Of a stretch of DNA of 64,000 nt, positions 17,008 to 25,299 are shown in pieces (the stretch's first letter is position 1; the number at the start of each line of letters is the position of its first letter). The stretch lies in contig CAZOQN010000002.1 of assembly GCA_964582195.1 (NCBI GenBank), positions 608,916 to 672,915 on the forward strand. Direction: 5' to 3'. Position numbers and translations under genes: made by a program. This DNA comes from an uncultured Burkholderiaceae bacterium. GTDB lineage: Bacteria > Pseudomonadota > Gammaproteobacteria > Burkholderiales > Burkholderiaceae_A. The notes under the pieces are model-generated. The model saw only the letters and a program-made list of their open reading frames with translations, had not been told where the DNA came from and did not search any database.

Positions 17008-20000
17008 ATGCGCAGACAAGACGTGACTTTCCGAATTACCAAGATCAACAAGCGCGCAGTTGCCGTTGCAATCTGCGCGCTGACGGGATCGACGCTAAGC
17101 GTTACAAGCCACGCGGACCAATTCCTCGGCTCGACCTTTCCGTCATCAGTCACCATCGGTTTGGGCGACACACAGAAATCTGGAGATCGTTTTTATGGAG
17201 ACATCTCAAGCGCTGCCTGTGGTGGAGTAGCACTCAGCCCGGCCAGCGTTGATGTCGGCGCGCCCACCAATTGCTCGCCCACTTCCGGCGTGCTCGATAA
17301 CACCACATTTATAACCCGATCATCGGTGGTGAAACCGAATGAATTCGGACAGGTCATTGGATCCGAAACCCATCACTTCGGACTTGGGGTGAGCGTAGGC
17401 GCCATTAACCCAGGGACACCCGGACAGGTCATCACGTTGTTGGCTTCGCCGCCCGTGCTGGTATCCCTCGAGCCGGGGTCTGCAAGCGGCCCTGCAGGTC
17501 CAGATAACGTCGGTGTTGCGATCCGCCTGAGTGCAGGCGAAGCGAATTTCTACGGCGGCAATAAAGTGACCGGCTCAACCCAGGCGGCCACCATTAACGT
17601 TCTCGGGGCCAATGTGGAATTCAATGGCAACGTCACCGGAGACGTTAGCCTGTTCTCCACAGGCACGGTATTTCGTGACACTGTCAATGGCGACATCAAT
17701 ATCCAAACCGGCGCGGGAGCGACACTCGATCGAAATGCGAATCTAACCGGCAATCTCAACTTTTTGAGTAATAACGGTGTATTTACCTTTGCCGGTGGTA
17801 ACGCAGTCACTGGCAATGTTGTGGCAACTGGCGTGAACTCATCCGTTAAGTTTTCCGGTAGCGCCATGGTCACGGGGGCGATGGGCGCGGCAGGCTCGCC
17901 CAATGCTCCAATCGGTGCTGTGATGGTTGATGCGTCAGGGGCATTTGTGCGCTTAAACACGAACAGCGGAGACACCGTCGTCGGCGAACTCGCAATCAAC
18001 GCGCCGCAGGCCGTGGTGCAGGTCAATGGCAGGCTGATCGGCAATGTCAACGTGAACGGACAGGCAAGCCGGCTTGATCTACTCAACCGTAGCTCGGCGC
18101 CCGCCGATGTTGCGAACGCCGGAATGAGAGGCACGCTAGACTTTGGAACCGTTGGCGCTGGAAGTTTGGCGGTTGGGGGCTCAGGCTCGCTTCGGGTAGG
18201 GGACAACGTCGATCTCTCGGTGGGCAGCGATCCTGGCACGCAGCTTTCAATTTCCAATGCCAATAACGCCACGCTGATTTTTTCTGGCAACTCAACCGTG
18301 AGTGGCCAGCTCGGAACCGCAAGATCCGAAGCCGACGCATTTAACAGGATTTGGGCGGGTGCTGACTCATCAGTGGTCACATTCGCAAATGATGTGTATC
18401 TCGCAAATCCACCCGGCGCACCCCAGGCCTATGAGGGCCAGCTTCGCACCGGAGGCGGTACTGTCAATCTTCAGGGCAGTCTGTTTGGAGACCTCGTCAT
18501 CGGCTCAGACAATGCATCGCCCAGGCCGCTCGCCGTAGCGAATTACGCTGGCTACGGCGACTCGAGCGCAGTGGGCACATTCTCCAACAACGGCACCGTG
18601 AATATCGCCGATGGTAAAACTGTCTCTGGATCGATCACAACCAATCAAACAGGAACCGGCACATTAAATTTCCTCGGGTCGAGCAACTACGCAGGGCTAA
18701 CCGCAACGCAGCCTGGTCAGATCGGTACTGTTGCAGACAAGCTTTCCTCAGTGGCCTTTAATAGCGAGACCGCGAAAGCCACAACGACAATCCGCAACCA
18801 TGTTTATGCCAATCAGGTCGCTATCGGAAGTGGCAGCAACGAGACCACCGCCATTTTGATTCGCAGCGGAGAGGTTGGCGATACAACCCGAATGATCCTT
18901 GGCGATAACCTGGCCCTGGCCAATGCCAATACCACCCTAAACCTTGATTCGACTTTTGGCACATCCGGCACAGCGCCAGCGCTACTGAATTTCGCCAAAG
19001 ATGCGGCAACGGGGCGGCTTTCAAATCAGAACACCGTGAGAGCTCAGACCGGAAATCTCGTGACAAATGGGGCAACGATGAATTTCGTGGTCGACGCGGG
19101 CGCAACCGAGTCGCCCACGGGCAACATTGCTGCCGAAACATCCAGCCAGCTTCAGACGACGAATATCACCGTGGATAACCAAGAGAAATACAACATCGTC
19201 TATCTCGGAAGCGTTCGCAATGATCAGGCGTTCAGCCTTGTGACCGGCACCAGCACGGATCTATCAGAGCTTGATGAGCAGAGCCTGATTGGCGAGAGCC
19301 GTCGCTTGCGCGACAACAGTTATATCCTGAACTCCAAAATTCGTAATGGCAGTATTGAATTGCTGGTAAGCCGATCCGCAGATGAATACATCGAGAAGTC
19401 GAACACCCGAGGAGAGATCTCGAACCCGGCAGCACTCAGGCTCGGACAAATGGGGGCCCTCGGTTCTGATACGCCTACGCCGGCTTACTCCTCAGATATC
19501 CAGTTGGTTTTTAACCAGCTTGACATCGACCAATGGGGTTTTGGAAACAACGAGGCAAACCTAGCGACGCAGGTGCGTCGTCTCATCCCGGTTGTTAATG
19601 GCTCCGATCTTTATTCGGCCCTGTCAGCCACATCGGCTGCTTTGTCGGCCGCAGGCGAGCGGCTTGCGGTCCTGCGCGGCGATTCGCCGATGGGAGGGTT
19701 GGATGGCAATGGCCGATCGCTTGGGTCTAATCAAACGGGCTGGGTAAAGGTGCTAGGGGGTTCCGGCAAGGGCAAGTCGATTGACGGCTACGATGGTTTC
19801 AAAACAGATCTGTATGGGCTCTCGCTGGGCCTTGACACCCTGATTTCCAACGGAGTGCTTGGCTTGATGGGGCATGTCTCGAAGTCGACCATCAAACAAG
19901 AGAATTTTAGGGCTGGAGACTCTGCGGACCTTGAATCCCTGGGAATGGGCATCTACGCGACCCAGGAGTATGGGCCCGTTTATGTCGAGGCGAGCCTGTT

Positions 20001-20571
20001 GTTTTCAAACCATCAGCTTGACGGACGTCGCGCCGCTGCGATCAACCGCGTCGCAAATTCCAAGGTGGACTACAAGCACTCCTCGGCGCGCTTCTCAACC
20101 GGTTATCGAATCGCTCTGGACCCGAACGGCCGATCGGTCATCACGCCCCTTCTTGCGATTGAGTATGGAAAAATCAATCAGCCCGCCTACATGGAAACTA
20201 ATGCCGGAGATCTCGGGCTTGCGGTTGATTCGCGCGTGATCAAGCTAACGCGGGGATCCATTGGCTTTCGACTCTCAACCGAGGTTGAGACAAGCCTTGG
20301 AGTTTTCTATCCTGATCTTTATGCGGTTTACAACACCACCTCAGGCCTGACCAATGCCGAAACAAGCGTTGTTGCCAGCTATATTGGCGATTACGATAAG
20401 CAGCGTTTCACGACACTTGGCGTCACGCCGAAGAAGAACTCCTACACTGTTGCGGGCGGGCTTCGTTACGCCACTGGCAGACACTCAGAGCTTCAACTGG
20501 GGTACCGCTTCGATGGGGGTCAAAACCTACAAAGCCATCAAACAAGTGTGCGAGCAGCCTGGGCCTTCTAA
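17008..20571 (+). CDS. Type Va autotransporter (beta-helical passenger plus C-terminal 12-strand-type beta-barrel)
   Basis: AGGAG sits 6 nt upstream. The signal peptide is 'KRAVAVAICALTGSTLSVTSHA|DQ'. The Gly/Asn/Thr/Val-rich passenger has 'G.V.G.(V/L)' beta-helix-like periodicity. The C-terminal ~280 aa alternate in barrel fashion from 'GWVKVLGGSGKG' (about nt 19738) and end in the OMP signature '...VRAAWAF'. Confidence 0.85.
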   Translation: MRRQDVTFRITKINKRAVAVAICALTGSTLSVTSHADQFLGSTFPSSVTIGLGDTQKSGDRFYGDISSAACGGVALSPASVDVGAPTNCSPTSGVLDNTTFITRSSVVKPNEFGQVIGSETHHFGLGVSVGAINPGTPGQVITLLASPPVLVSLEPGSASGPAGPDNVGVAIRLSAGEANFYGGNKVTGSTQAATINVLGANVEFNGNVTGDVSLFSTGTVFRDTVNGDINIQTGAGATLDRNANLTGNLNFLSNNGVFTFAGGNAVTGNVVATGVNSSVKFSGSAMVTGAMGAAGSPNAPIGAVMVDASGAFVRLNTNSGDTVVGELAINAPQAVVQVNGRLIGNVNVNGQASRLDLLNRSSAPADVANAGMRGTLDFGTVGAGSLAVGGSGSLRVGDNVDLSVGSDPGTQLSISNANNATLIFSGNSTVSGQLGTARSEADAFNRIWAGADSSVVTFANDVYLANPPGAPQAYEGQLRTGGGTVNLQGSLFGDLVIGSDNASPRPLAVANYAGYGDSSAVGTFSNNGTVNIADGKTVSGSITTNQTGTGTLNFLGSSNYAGLTATQPGQIGTVADKLSSVAFNSETAKATTTIRNHVYANQVAIGSGSNETTAILIRSGEVGDTTRMILGDNLALANANTTLNLDSTFGTSGTAPALLNFAKDAATGRLSNQNTVRAQTGNLVTNGATMNFVVDAGATESPTGNIAAETSSQLQTTNITVDNQEKYNIVYLGSVRNDQAFSLVTGTSTDLSELDEQSLIGESRRLRDNSYILNSKIRNGSIELLVSRSADEYIEKSNTRGEISNPAALRLGQMGALGSDTPTPAYSSDIQLVFNQLDIDQWGFGNNEANLATQVRRLIPVVNGSDLYSALSATSAALSAAGERLAVLRGDSPMGGLDGNGRSLGSNQTGWVKVLGGSGKGKSIDGYDGFKTDLYGLSLGLDTLISNGVLGLMGHVSKSTIKQENFRAGDSADLESLGMGIYATQEYGPVYVEASLLFSNHQLDGRRAAAINRVANSKVDYKHSSARFSTGYRIALDPNGRSVITPLLAIEYGKINQPAYMETNAGDLGLAVDSRVIKLTRGSIGFRLSTEVETSLGVFYPDLYAVYNTTSGLTNAETSVVASYIGDYDKQRFTTLGVTPKKNSYTVAGGLRYATGRHSELQLGYRFDGGQNLQSHQTSVRAAWAF

Positions 20572-20577
20572 GAGGCT

Positions 20578-21045
20578 TTAATCGCGTTTTTGATCGCTAC
20601 GCAGAGAGTGTGGCTCTTGGCCCAGAGCGAGTAGGGCGGCCTCGAGCCGCCTAATCTCATCTTGCATCTCTGGGCTTAATCTCGCAGAAACACTCGCCAG
20701 CATGGTTGGTTGTTGCGCGTCCTGGACGGTTCGCCCAGCCAGTTCGACAGAAGGGCTTTCTTGTCGTGATGGTGCATCGACGGCTTCGGCCTCCCTCGCT
20801 CTGAGGAAGAGAGCCCTGTGAACGATGCCGATGCCAAGGGAAACTACGATCCAGAGCACCAATAGATCGGTCGATCGTACGCTTCCACTCGCATCGAATA
20901 AGGAAGAGAGTCCCGTGAGAAACGACGCCCAGGGGAGGGCGACAATCGCAGTTACAAAAGAAACGCCCGCGCTTTGCGCCTGCAAAAGGATGGCCAGGCC
21001 GATCGCAGACCAATTCAGTATATGAGCCAGACTTGTGTTTTTCAT
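20578..21045 (-). CDS. Hypothetical small membrane protein (about 3 TM segments plus charged C-terminal helix)
   Basis: It has hydrophobic segments 'WSAIGLAILLQAQSAGVSFVTAIVALPWASFLTGL' and 'LLVLWIVVSLGIGIV'. The composition is protein-like, unlike the overlapping 250-aa ORF. There is no clear RBS, so the start is uncertain. Confidence 0.5.
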   Translation of the reverse strand: MKNTSLAHILNWSAIGLAILLQAQSAGVSFVTAIVALPWASFLTGLSSLFDASGSVRSTDLLVLWIVVSLGIGIVHRALFLRAREAEAVDAPSRQESPSVELAGRTVQDAQQPTMLASVSARLSPEMQDEIRRLEAALLALGQEPHSLRSDQKRD

Positions 21046-21100
21046 CTAGCGGGATATTATCAAGCCTCTTTCTTAACAACCAAAGTTTTTTATACGCATC

Positions 21101-21598
21101 ATGACGCAAGAGTTTCGATCCCCAGGTGAGGGCATCAGCATTTATTCCCCCGAAACGGGCTGGCAGGAGCGGCCTTTCCCCCCAGAGGGCGCAGAGGTCT
21201 CGCTTGCCGACTCCGCCTCGCCACCTCGGGGGCAGGACCTCGCTGCGGCCATGAGCACGGCCGAAAATCTGCCGAGCGGCCTGGGCGTCGTGGGAGACTC
21301 CCTTGAACGTTTGTTCCTGATGCTCGAGCAGCGCAATGAAAATGGGCTCCAGCAGGGCTGGCAGGAGATCGTTGGCCTTTGCCGGGAGATCGATGAACAC
21401 TCGATTCAAAAAGAAGAAATGCTGCGTTCTTTGGCGATGCTTGAATCGAAAATTGCAGCTAGCCAGTCAAAGCTCACCAGTGCCTTAGACCTGCTCTCAC
21501 AGAGTCAGCGCAAAGAAGTGGAAGCGGCTAAGGTTCGGGCCGAGCTGAGCGCAGCGGTATCCTCAGTGATTCAGAAAAAATTCTCTGAAAAGGCCTGA
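21101..21598 (+). CDS. Hypothetical protein: Pro/Ser/Gly-rich N-terminus plus C-terminal coiled coil
   Basis: The composition is protein-like. A heptad-like C-terminal half reads 'EEMLRSLAMLESKIAASQSKLTSALDLLSQSQRKEVEAAKVRAELSAAV'. There is no convincing SD, so the start is uncertain. No family was recognised. Confidence 0.5.
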   Translation: MTQEFRSPGEGISIYSPETGWQERPFPPEGAEVSLADSASPPRGQDLAAAMSTAENLPSGLGVVGDSLERLFLMLEQRNENGLQQGWQEIVGLCREIDEHSIQKEEMLRSLAMLESKIAASQSKLTSALDLLSQSQRKEVEAAKVRAELSAAVSSVIQKKFSEKA

Positions 21599-21639
21599 CG
21601 GTCTGCAACCATTTGGGCGCCGCTGATCGGCCGGCCAGG

Positions 21640-22455
21640 CTAAAGCTGAATCACCTTCCGATCGATTTCGGCGGACCCACGTACAGCTCTGAGGTGTTCG
21701 GCCTTCGCCTGTAGCGGATTTTTCAAAGAAGAAAACCGCATTCTCTCGATCACCTTAGTCTCTGAGGAGGGGTGCTTCTCGAGGTGGATCTCCATGGCCT
21801 GCTCAATTCCTCGGCAGAACTTGGCAAAAGAGTCACTGAGCTTGAAGTTAGAAAGGCTCAAAATATAGCGCTTCGCAAAGGATTTCTTGGCATCGATGGA
21901 GTCGAGCACCGGTGGCGTCATCATGAATGAGAATGGAAATCGGGTGGATGACTTCTGAAGCTGGGCCGTTTGATCTTGTCTCACCCGGCTGGGGGAGATC
22001 ACCAGAGAAGGGCAGCGTCCCCGCGACTGAAACACCCAGACAAATCGTTTGACAAAGTCAATGGTGGTCATTAGCTCCACTTCCGACAGGGCAGTTGGAA
22101 GCACCACCAAATCGAACTCGCGAAAAAACTCGCCATCGAAGGCGTCCTGCCAGGTTAAGTCGGCGATCACGATGTCATGGCTGTCTTCGGCCCGATGAAG
22201 CACCCGACGGGCCTCGATAATTACTCGCCCATAGCCTTCGTGCGAGGGCAAGTGGACCTGTTCAGTATGAATTGGAGAATCCGAATCCGTTCGCTGTTCA
22301 TCAAGCGCCTTAACCCAGTGAGACGCGGAGGCCTGCGTATCGAAATCGATCAGCATGACGCTGCGCTTTCGCCAAGCCGCAAAAAAGTAAGCAAGATTTA
22401 CAGCGATTGTGCTCTTACCAACGCCGCCTTTTTGGTTGGTGATGAGGATACGCAA
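21640..22455 (-). CDS. Orphan ParA/MinD-family P-loop ATPase (deviant Walker A) with about 70-aa C-terminal extension
   Basis: The N-terminus 'MRILITNQKGGVGKSTIAVNLA' has a deviant Walker A with the signature Lys (nt 22411-22437). The A' box is 'VMLIDFDTQ' and the Walker B-like motif is 'DIVIADL'. There is no ParB or HTH partner nearby. Confidence 0.8.
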   Translation of the reverse strand: MRILITNQKGGVGKSTIAVNLAYFFAAWRKRSVMLIDFDTQASASHWVKALDEQRTDSDSPIHTEQVHLPSHEGYGRVIIEARRVLHRAEDSHDIVIADLTWQDAFDGEFFREFDLVVLPTALSEVELMTTIDFVKRFVWVFQSRGRCPSLVISPSRVRQDQTAQLQKSSTRFPFSFMMTPPVLDSIDAKKSFAKRYILSLSNFKLSDSFAKFCRGIEQAMEIHLEKHPSSETKVIERMRFSSLKNPLQAKAEHLRAVRGSAEIDRKVIQL

Positions 22456-22618
22456 GCGGTTGTGCTCCGAAAGACAGGAAGGGCATGCTAATACGGGGAC
22501 ATTAAAAAGGAAAGTGTTTTCGAGTCAGGTGTGGACTTCGACCCATAGTTGTTTACATAATACACATTATACGACATAATTAAAGCCAATAATTTCGCAA
22601 ATGCTGGGCTGCCATGCG
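22456..22618 (-). promoter_or_regulatory. AT-rich upstream region of the ParA-like gene (candidate promoter/operator)
   Basis: This is the largest non-coding gap in the accessory block. TATAAT lies on the minus strand (plus 22566-22571). The direct repeat ACATAAT occurs at 22555-22561 and 22574-22580. Confidence 0.3.
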
Positions 22619-23455
22619 TTAGCGAATGCCCTGGAACAGTTCCACTCCCTCACCAGCTGGTGCAGGCTTGGCTGATGACTGCGCATCGGGCTCGACAACC
22701 ACGCTTCCACCGGCCTCAATAACAATTTCTTCCAAGGAGAGCCCCGCCTTGTCAGAGACCGGCGCATGACGTCGCCTGCTCTCAAATGAGATTTCCTCTA
22801 GTTCAAGGAAAAACTCAAGATCCCGATTGTTGGCCTCAGATGCGTAGGTCTTTGCCCGCATGCCGGCCTCATTGACTAGGGTGGGATCAGCACCGGCGGC
22901 TAACAGTGTCTTTGCTGCATTGATATGGTTGAAACGGGCGGCCATCATCAGTGGCGTGGTTTTATTTGGGCTCTCCGTATCAACGTAGGCGTGATGCTCG
23001 AGCAACAACTCTATGGTCTCGACATGGCCGGATGTGGCTGCATAGTGCAAGGGAGACCATCCCCAACGGCTCACCTGCGCCCCAAGCGCAATCAGCCGAC
23101 GGATCACCTGGTTTTCACCAGCTAGGGCTGCCAGCATCAAGGCGTTCTCACCGATCTGATTCTCATAGTCCAAAACCTCAGTCGCCTGCCATTTTGGATC
23201 CTCGAGCATGAGCAAGGCCATCCGGGGTCCAGCCTCGCGAATGGCCAGCATCAATAAATTATTGCCAAGCGCATCTTTTGTCTGTGGCCCCAGCCCAAGC
23301 TTTTCCATGCGGCTGATAAAGCTAAAGTCGCTGGCCTTTACCGCCAAGAGGAACGACTGAAGGTTGCGATCGGCAGGCTGCTGGGCCCAGACGCTCGCAG
23401 AGAACCCAGTGAGCAAAACCATGGCGACAAATAATCTGCACAAATACCTCTGCAT
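22619..23455 (-). CDS. Secreted (periplasmic) ankyrin-repeat protein
   Basis: The signal peptide is 'LFVAMVLLTGFSASVWA|QQ'. At least 4 ANK repeats are present, for example 'GWSPLHYAATSGHVETIELLLEHHAYVD' and 'TTPLMMAARFNHINAAKTLLAAGADP'. The ATG overlaps the tatD stop (TAATG). Confidence 0.85.
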   Translation of the reverse strand: MQRYLCRLFVAMVLLTGFSASVWAQQPADRNLQSFLLAVKASDFSFISRMEKLGLGPQTKDALGNNLLMLAIREAGPRMALLMLEDPKWQATEVLDYENQIGENALMLAALAGENQVIRRLIALGAQVSRWGWSPLHYAATSGHVETIELLLEHHAYVDTESPNKTTPLMMAARFNHINAAKTLLAAGADPTLVNEAGMRAKTYASEANNRDLEFFLELEEISFESRRRHAPVSDKAGLSLEEIVIEAGGSVVVEPDAQSSAKPAPAGEGVELFQGIR

Positions 23456-24261
23456 TACTGAACCCGGCTTGCAAGGCCACCAGAAACAAACTTCTCAAAG
23501 TTTGCCGAAGTAGCCCGAGCCACCTCTTCCACAGTAACTCCTTTGAGTTCCGCAATTTTTTGGGCCACGAACACCACATAGGAGGGCTCATTGACCTTGC
23601 CGCGATAGGGCGCTGGCGCCAGGAACGGCGAATCGGTCTCAATCATTAAGTGTTCGAGCGGGATCTCCGTTGCGACCTGCTGAACTTGTTTTGCATTTTT
23701 GAAAGTTACGATACCTGAGAGCGAAATTAGAAAATTCATGTCAATGCAGGCGCGGGCTACATCGACCGACTCAGTAAAGCAATGCATCACCCCGCCCACC
23801 TGCTCCGCGCCCTCTTCTTTCAATATCCGCAAGGTATCCTCGGCAGCCTCGCGCGTGTGAATAATTAAAGGCTTATTCGCAAGCTTTGCGGCACGAATAT
23901 GCGTGCGAAAGCGCTGTCGCTGCCACTCTAAATCGCCGCTTTTTCCATCGCCGTCACGAATGTAGTAATCCAGCCCCGTCTCTCCAATGGCAACCACTTT
24001 TGCGTCACTTGCAAGTTCTACTAGCCGATCGACGGTGGGCTCTTCAATGCCAAGGTTGTCGGGGTGCACCCCTACTGAGGCCACAAGAAAGTTGTGATCT
24101 CGGGTCATATTCACCACTTTTTCGCACTCTTCTAAGGTGGTGCAGATATTGAGAGCCTTCATGACACCAGCCGCGCGCATGCGTTCAAGCACCTCGGCTG
24201 TGCGCTCGACTAGGCCGGGGTAGTTCAGGTGGCAGTGGGAATCTACGAAACTTATTGTCAT
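23455..24261 (-). CDS. tatD: TatD-family metal-dependent hydrolase/DNase
   Basis: The N-terminus is 'FVDSHCHLNYP', and the TatD signatures 'IGETGLDYY' and 'ETDSPFLAP' are present. It lies in the mltG-tmk-holB-tatD synteny. Confidence 0.9.
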   Translation of the reverse strand: MTISFVDSHCHLNYPGLVERTAEVLERMRAAGVMKALNICTTLEECEKVVNMTRDHNFLVASVGVHPDNLGIEEPTVDRLVELASDAKVVAIGETGLDYYIRDGDGKSGDLEWQRQRFRTHIRAAKLANKPLIIHTREAAEDTLRILKEEGAEQVGGVMHCFTESVDVARACIDMNFLISLSGIVTFKNAKQVQQVATEIPLEHLMIETDSPFLAPAPYRGKVNEPSYVVFVAQKIAELKGVTVEEVARATSANFEKFVSGGLASRVQ

Positions 24262-24309
24262 AGGTAAATCATGGGGTAAGCGGCCCTATTCTATGCGCCG
24301 CCGCAGACT

Positions 24310-25299
24310 CTAGCCCGCCAGCGCCCTTCGCAACCGATCAAAGATCGACTCGTAAAACAGTTTTGGGTTCAGTGGGTGTTCCGCAACCCCCCTCAGCTTT
24401 TGAATTTCCGCCAAGGTCTGGCCCCAGGCCTGAGCCGATCGAATTCGGTGCGACTGTTCCCTGAGCGCCTGCTCGTGGGAGGCAAATACGCGGGGCTTTA
24501 ACCCGGCCTGCACACGCGCAGCATCCGACATCCAGTGCATGAGCAGCTCTAGAGCATCTGCCGGCGAAGACTTTCCAGCCACCTCTGCCCAGCGAATCGG
24601 GTCTACATCGCCCTGAACGAGCAAGGGCAATAACCACTGGGCGGCCTCGCTTTGCTCGCCTTGACGCTGGGCCAGAGTCTGCGCATCGATTTCAAGGTTT
24701 ATCCTCCGGCAACGCGAGAGAACGGTTGCGGGCAAACCTCGCAAGGTGTCCGCGACCAAAATAAATGCCAGTGACTCGGGCGGTTCTTCCAGGGTTTTCA
24801 GCAGTGCGTTGGCGGCTGCATAGTTCATGCGATTGGCCGGGCTAATTAACACCACACGCAGGCCGCCTCGATGGGAGCCGACATTGGCAAAGCCCGCGAG
24901 AGACCGGATTTGTTCGATTTTGATTTCGGTAGATTTTTTCTCTTCTGCCTTGGATGAGGACTCGTCATTACGAGGAGGCAACGCCCCGGTAGATACCCCC
25001 CCGTATTCGATCGCTTCGGCTTCGCCCCCCGATGAAGCATCCTCTTCAGCATCGGGGCGCACCCATCGAAAATCGGGGTGCTGACGCGCCGCCATCCAGC
25101 CACAAGACTGGCACTGCCCGCAGGCTGAGCGATCAGCCAAAGGCGACTGGCACAGCCAGGCACCGGCCAGCTCCAATGCAAACTCGGTCTTCGCCATACC
25201 CCTTGGGCCCAAAAGCAAGAGCGCAGAGGGCCTGCGATTGAGGCCCTGCGAGATCTGGCTCCACCAGGATTGAAACCAACTAAAGTCTTTTGAAATCAA
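24310..25299 (-). CDS. holB: DNA polymerase III subunit delta' (HolB)
   Basis: 'LLLLGPRGMAKTEFA' and the Zn-module-like 'CGQCQSC' are present, along with 'ANALLKTLEEPP' and 'TVLSRCRR'. It overlaps tmk. Confidence 0.9.
   Translation of the reverse strand: MISKDFSWFQSWWSQISQGLNRRPSALLLLGPRGMAKTEFALELAGAWLCQSPLADRSACGQCQSCGWMAARQHPDFRWVRPDAEEDASSGGEAEAIEYGGVSTGALPPRNDESSSKAEEKKSTEIKIEQIRSLAGFANVGSHRGGLRVVLISPANRMNYAAANALLKTLEEPPESLAFILVADTLRGLPATVLSRCRRINLEIDAQTLAQRQGEQSEAAQWLLPLLVQGDVDPIRWAEVAGKSSPADALELLMHWMSDAARVQAGLKPRVFASHEQALREQSHRIRSAQAWGQTLAEIQKLRGVAEHPLNPKLFYESIFDRLRRALAG

Noticed and set aside
17550-18380. 276-aa antisense ORF inside the autotransporter passenger region
   Set aside because: It lies entirely within a much longer, well-supported sense ORF. 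The sequence is low-complexity Pro/Thr/Ser/Ala-rich, typical of the antisense frame of GC-rich repeats.
20657-21409. 250-aa minus-strand ORF spanning the 155-aa gene, the divergent gap and the 5' half of the 165-aa gene
   Set aside because: Its translation is Arg/Cys/Gly/Trp-rich junk-like sequence ('RGRFFCNCDCRPPLG...'). It overlaps two ORFs whose composition is protein-like (TM helices, coiled coil). It is most likely a GC-driven shadow ORF.
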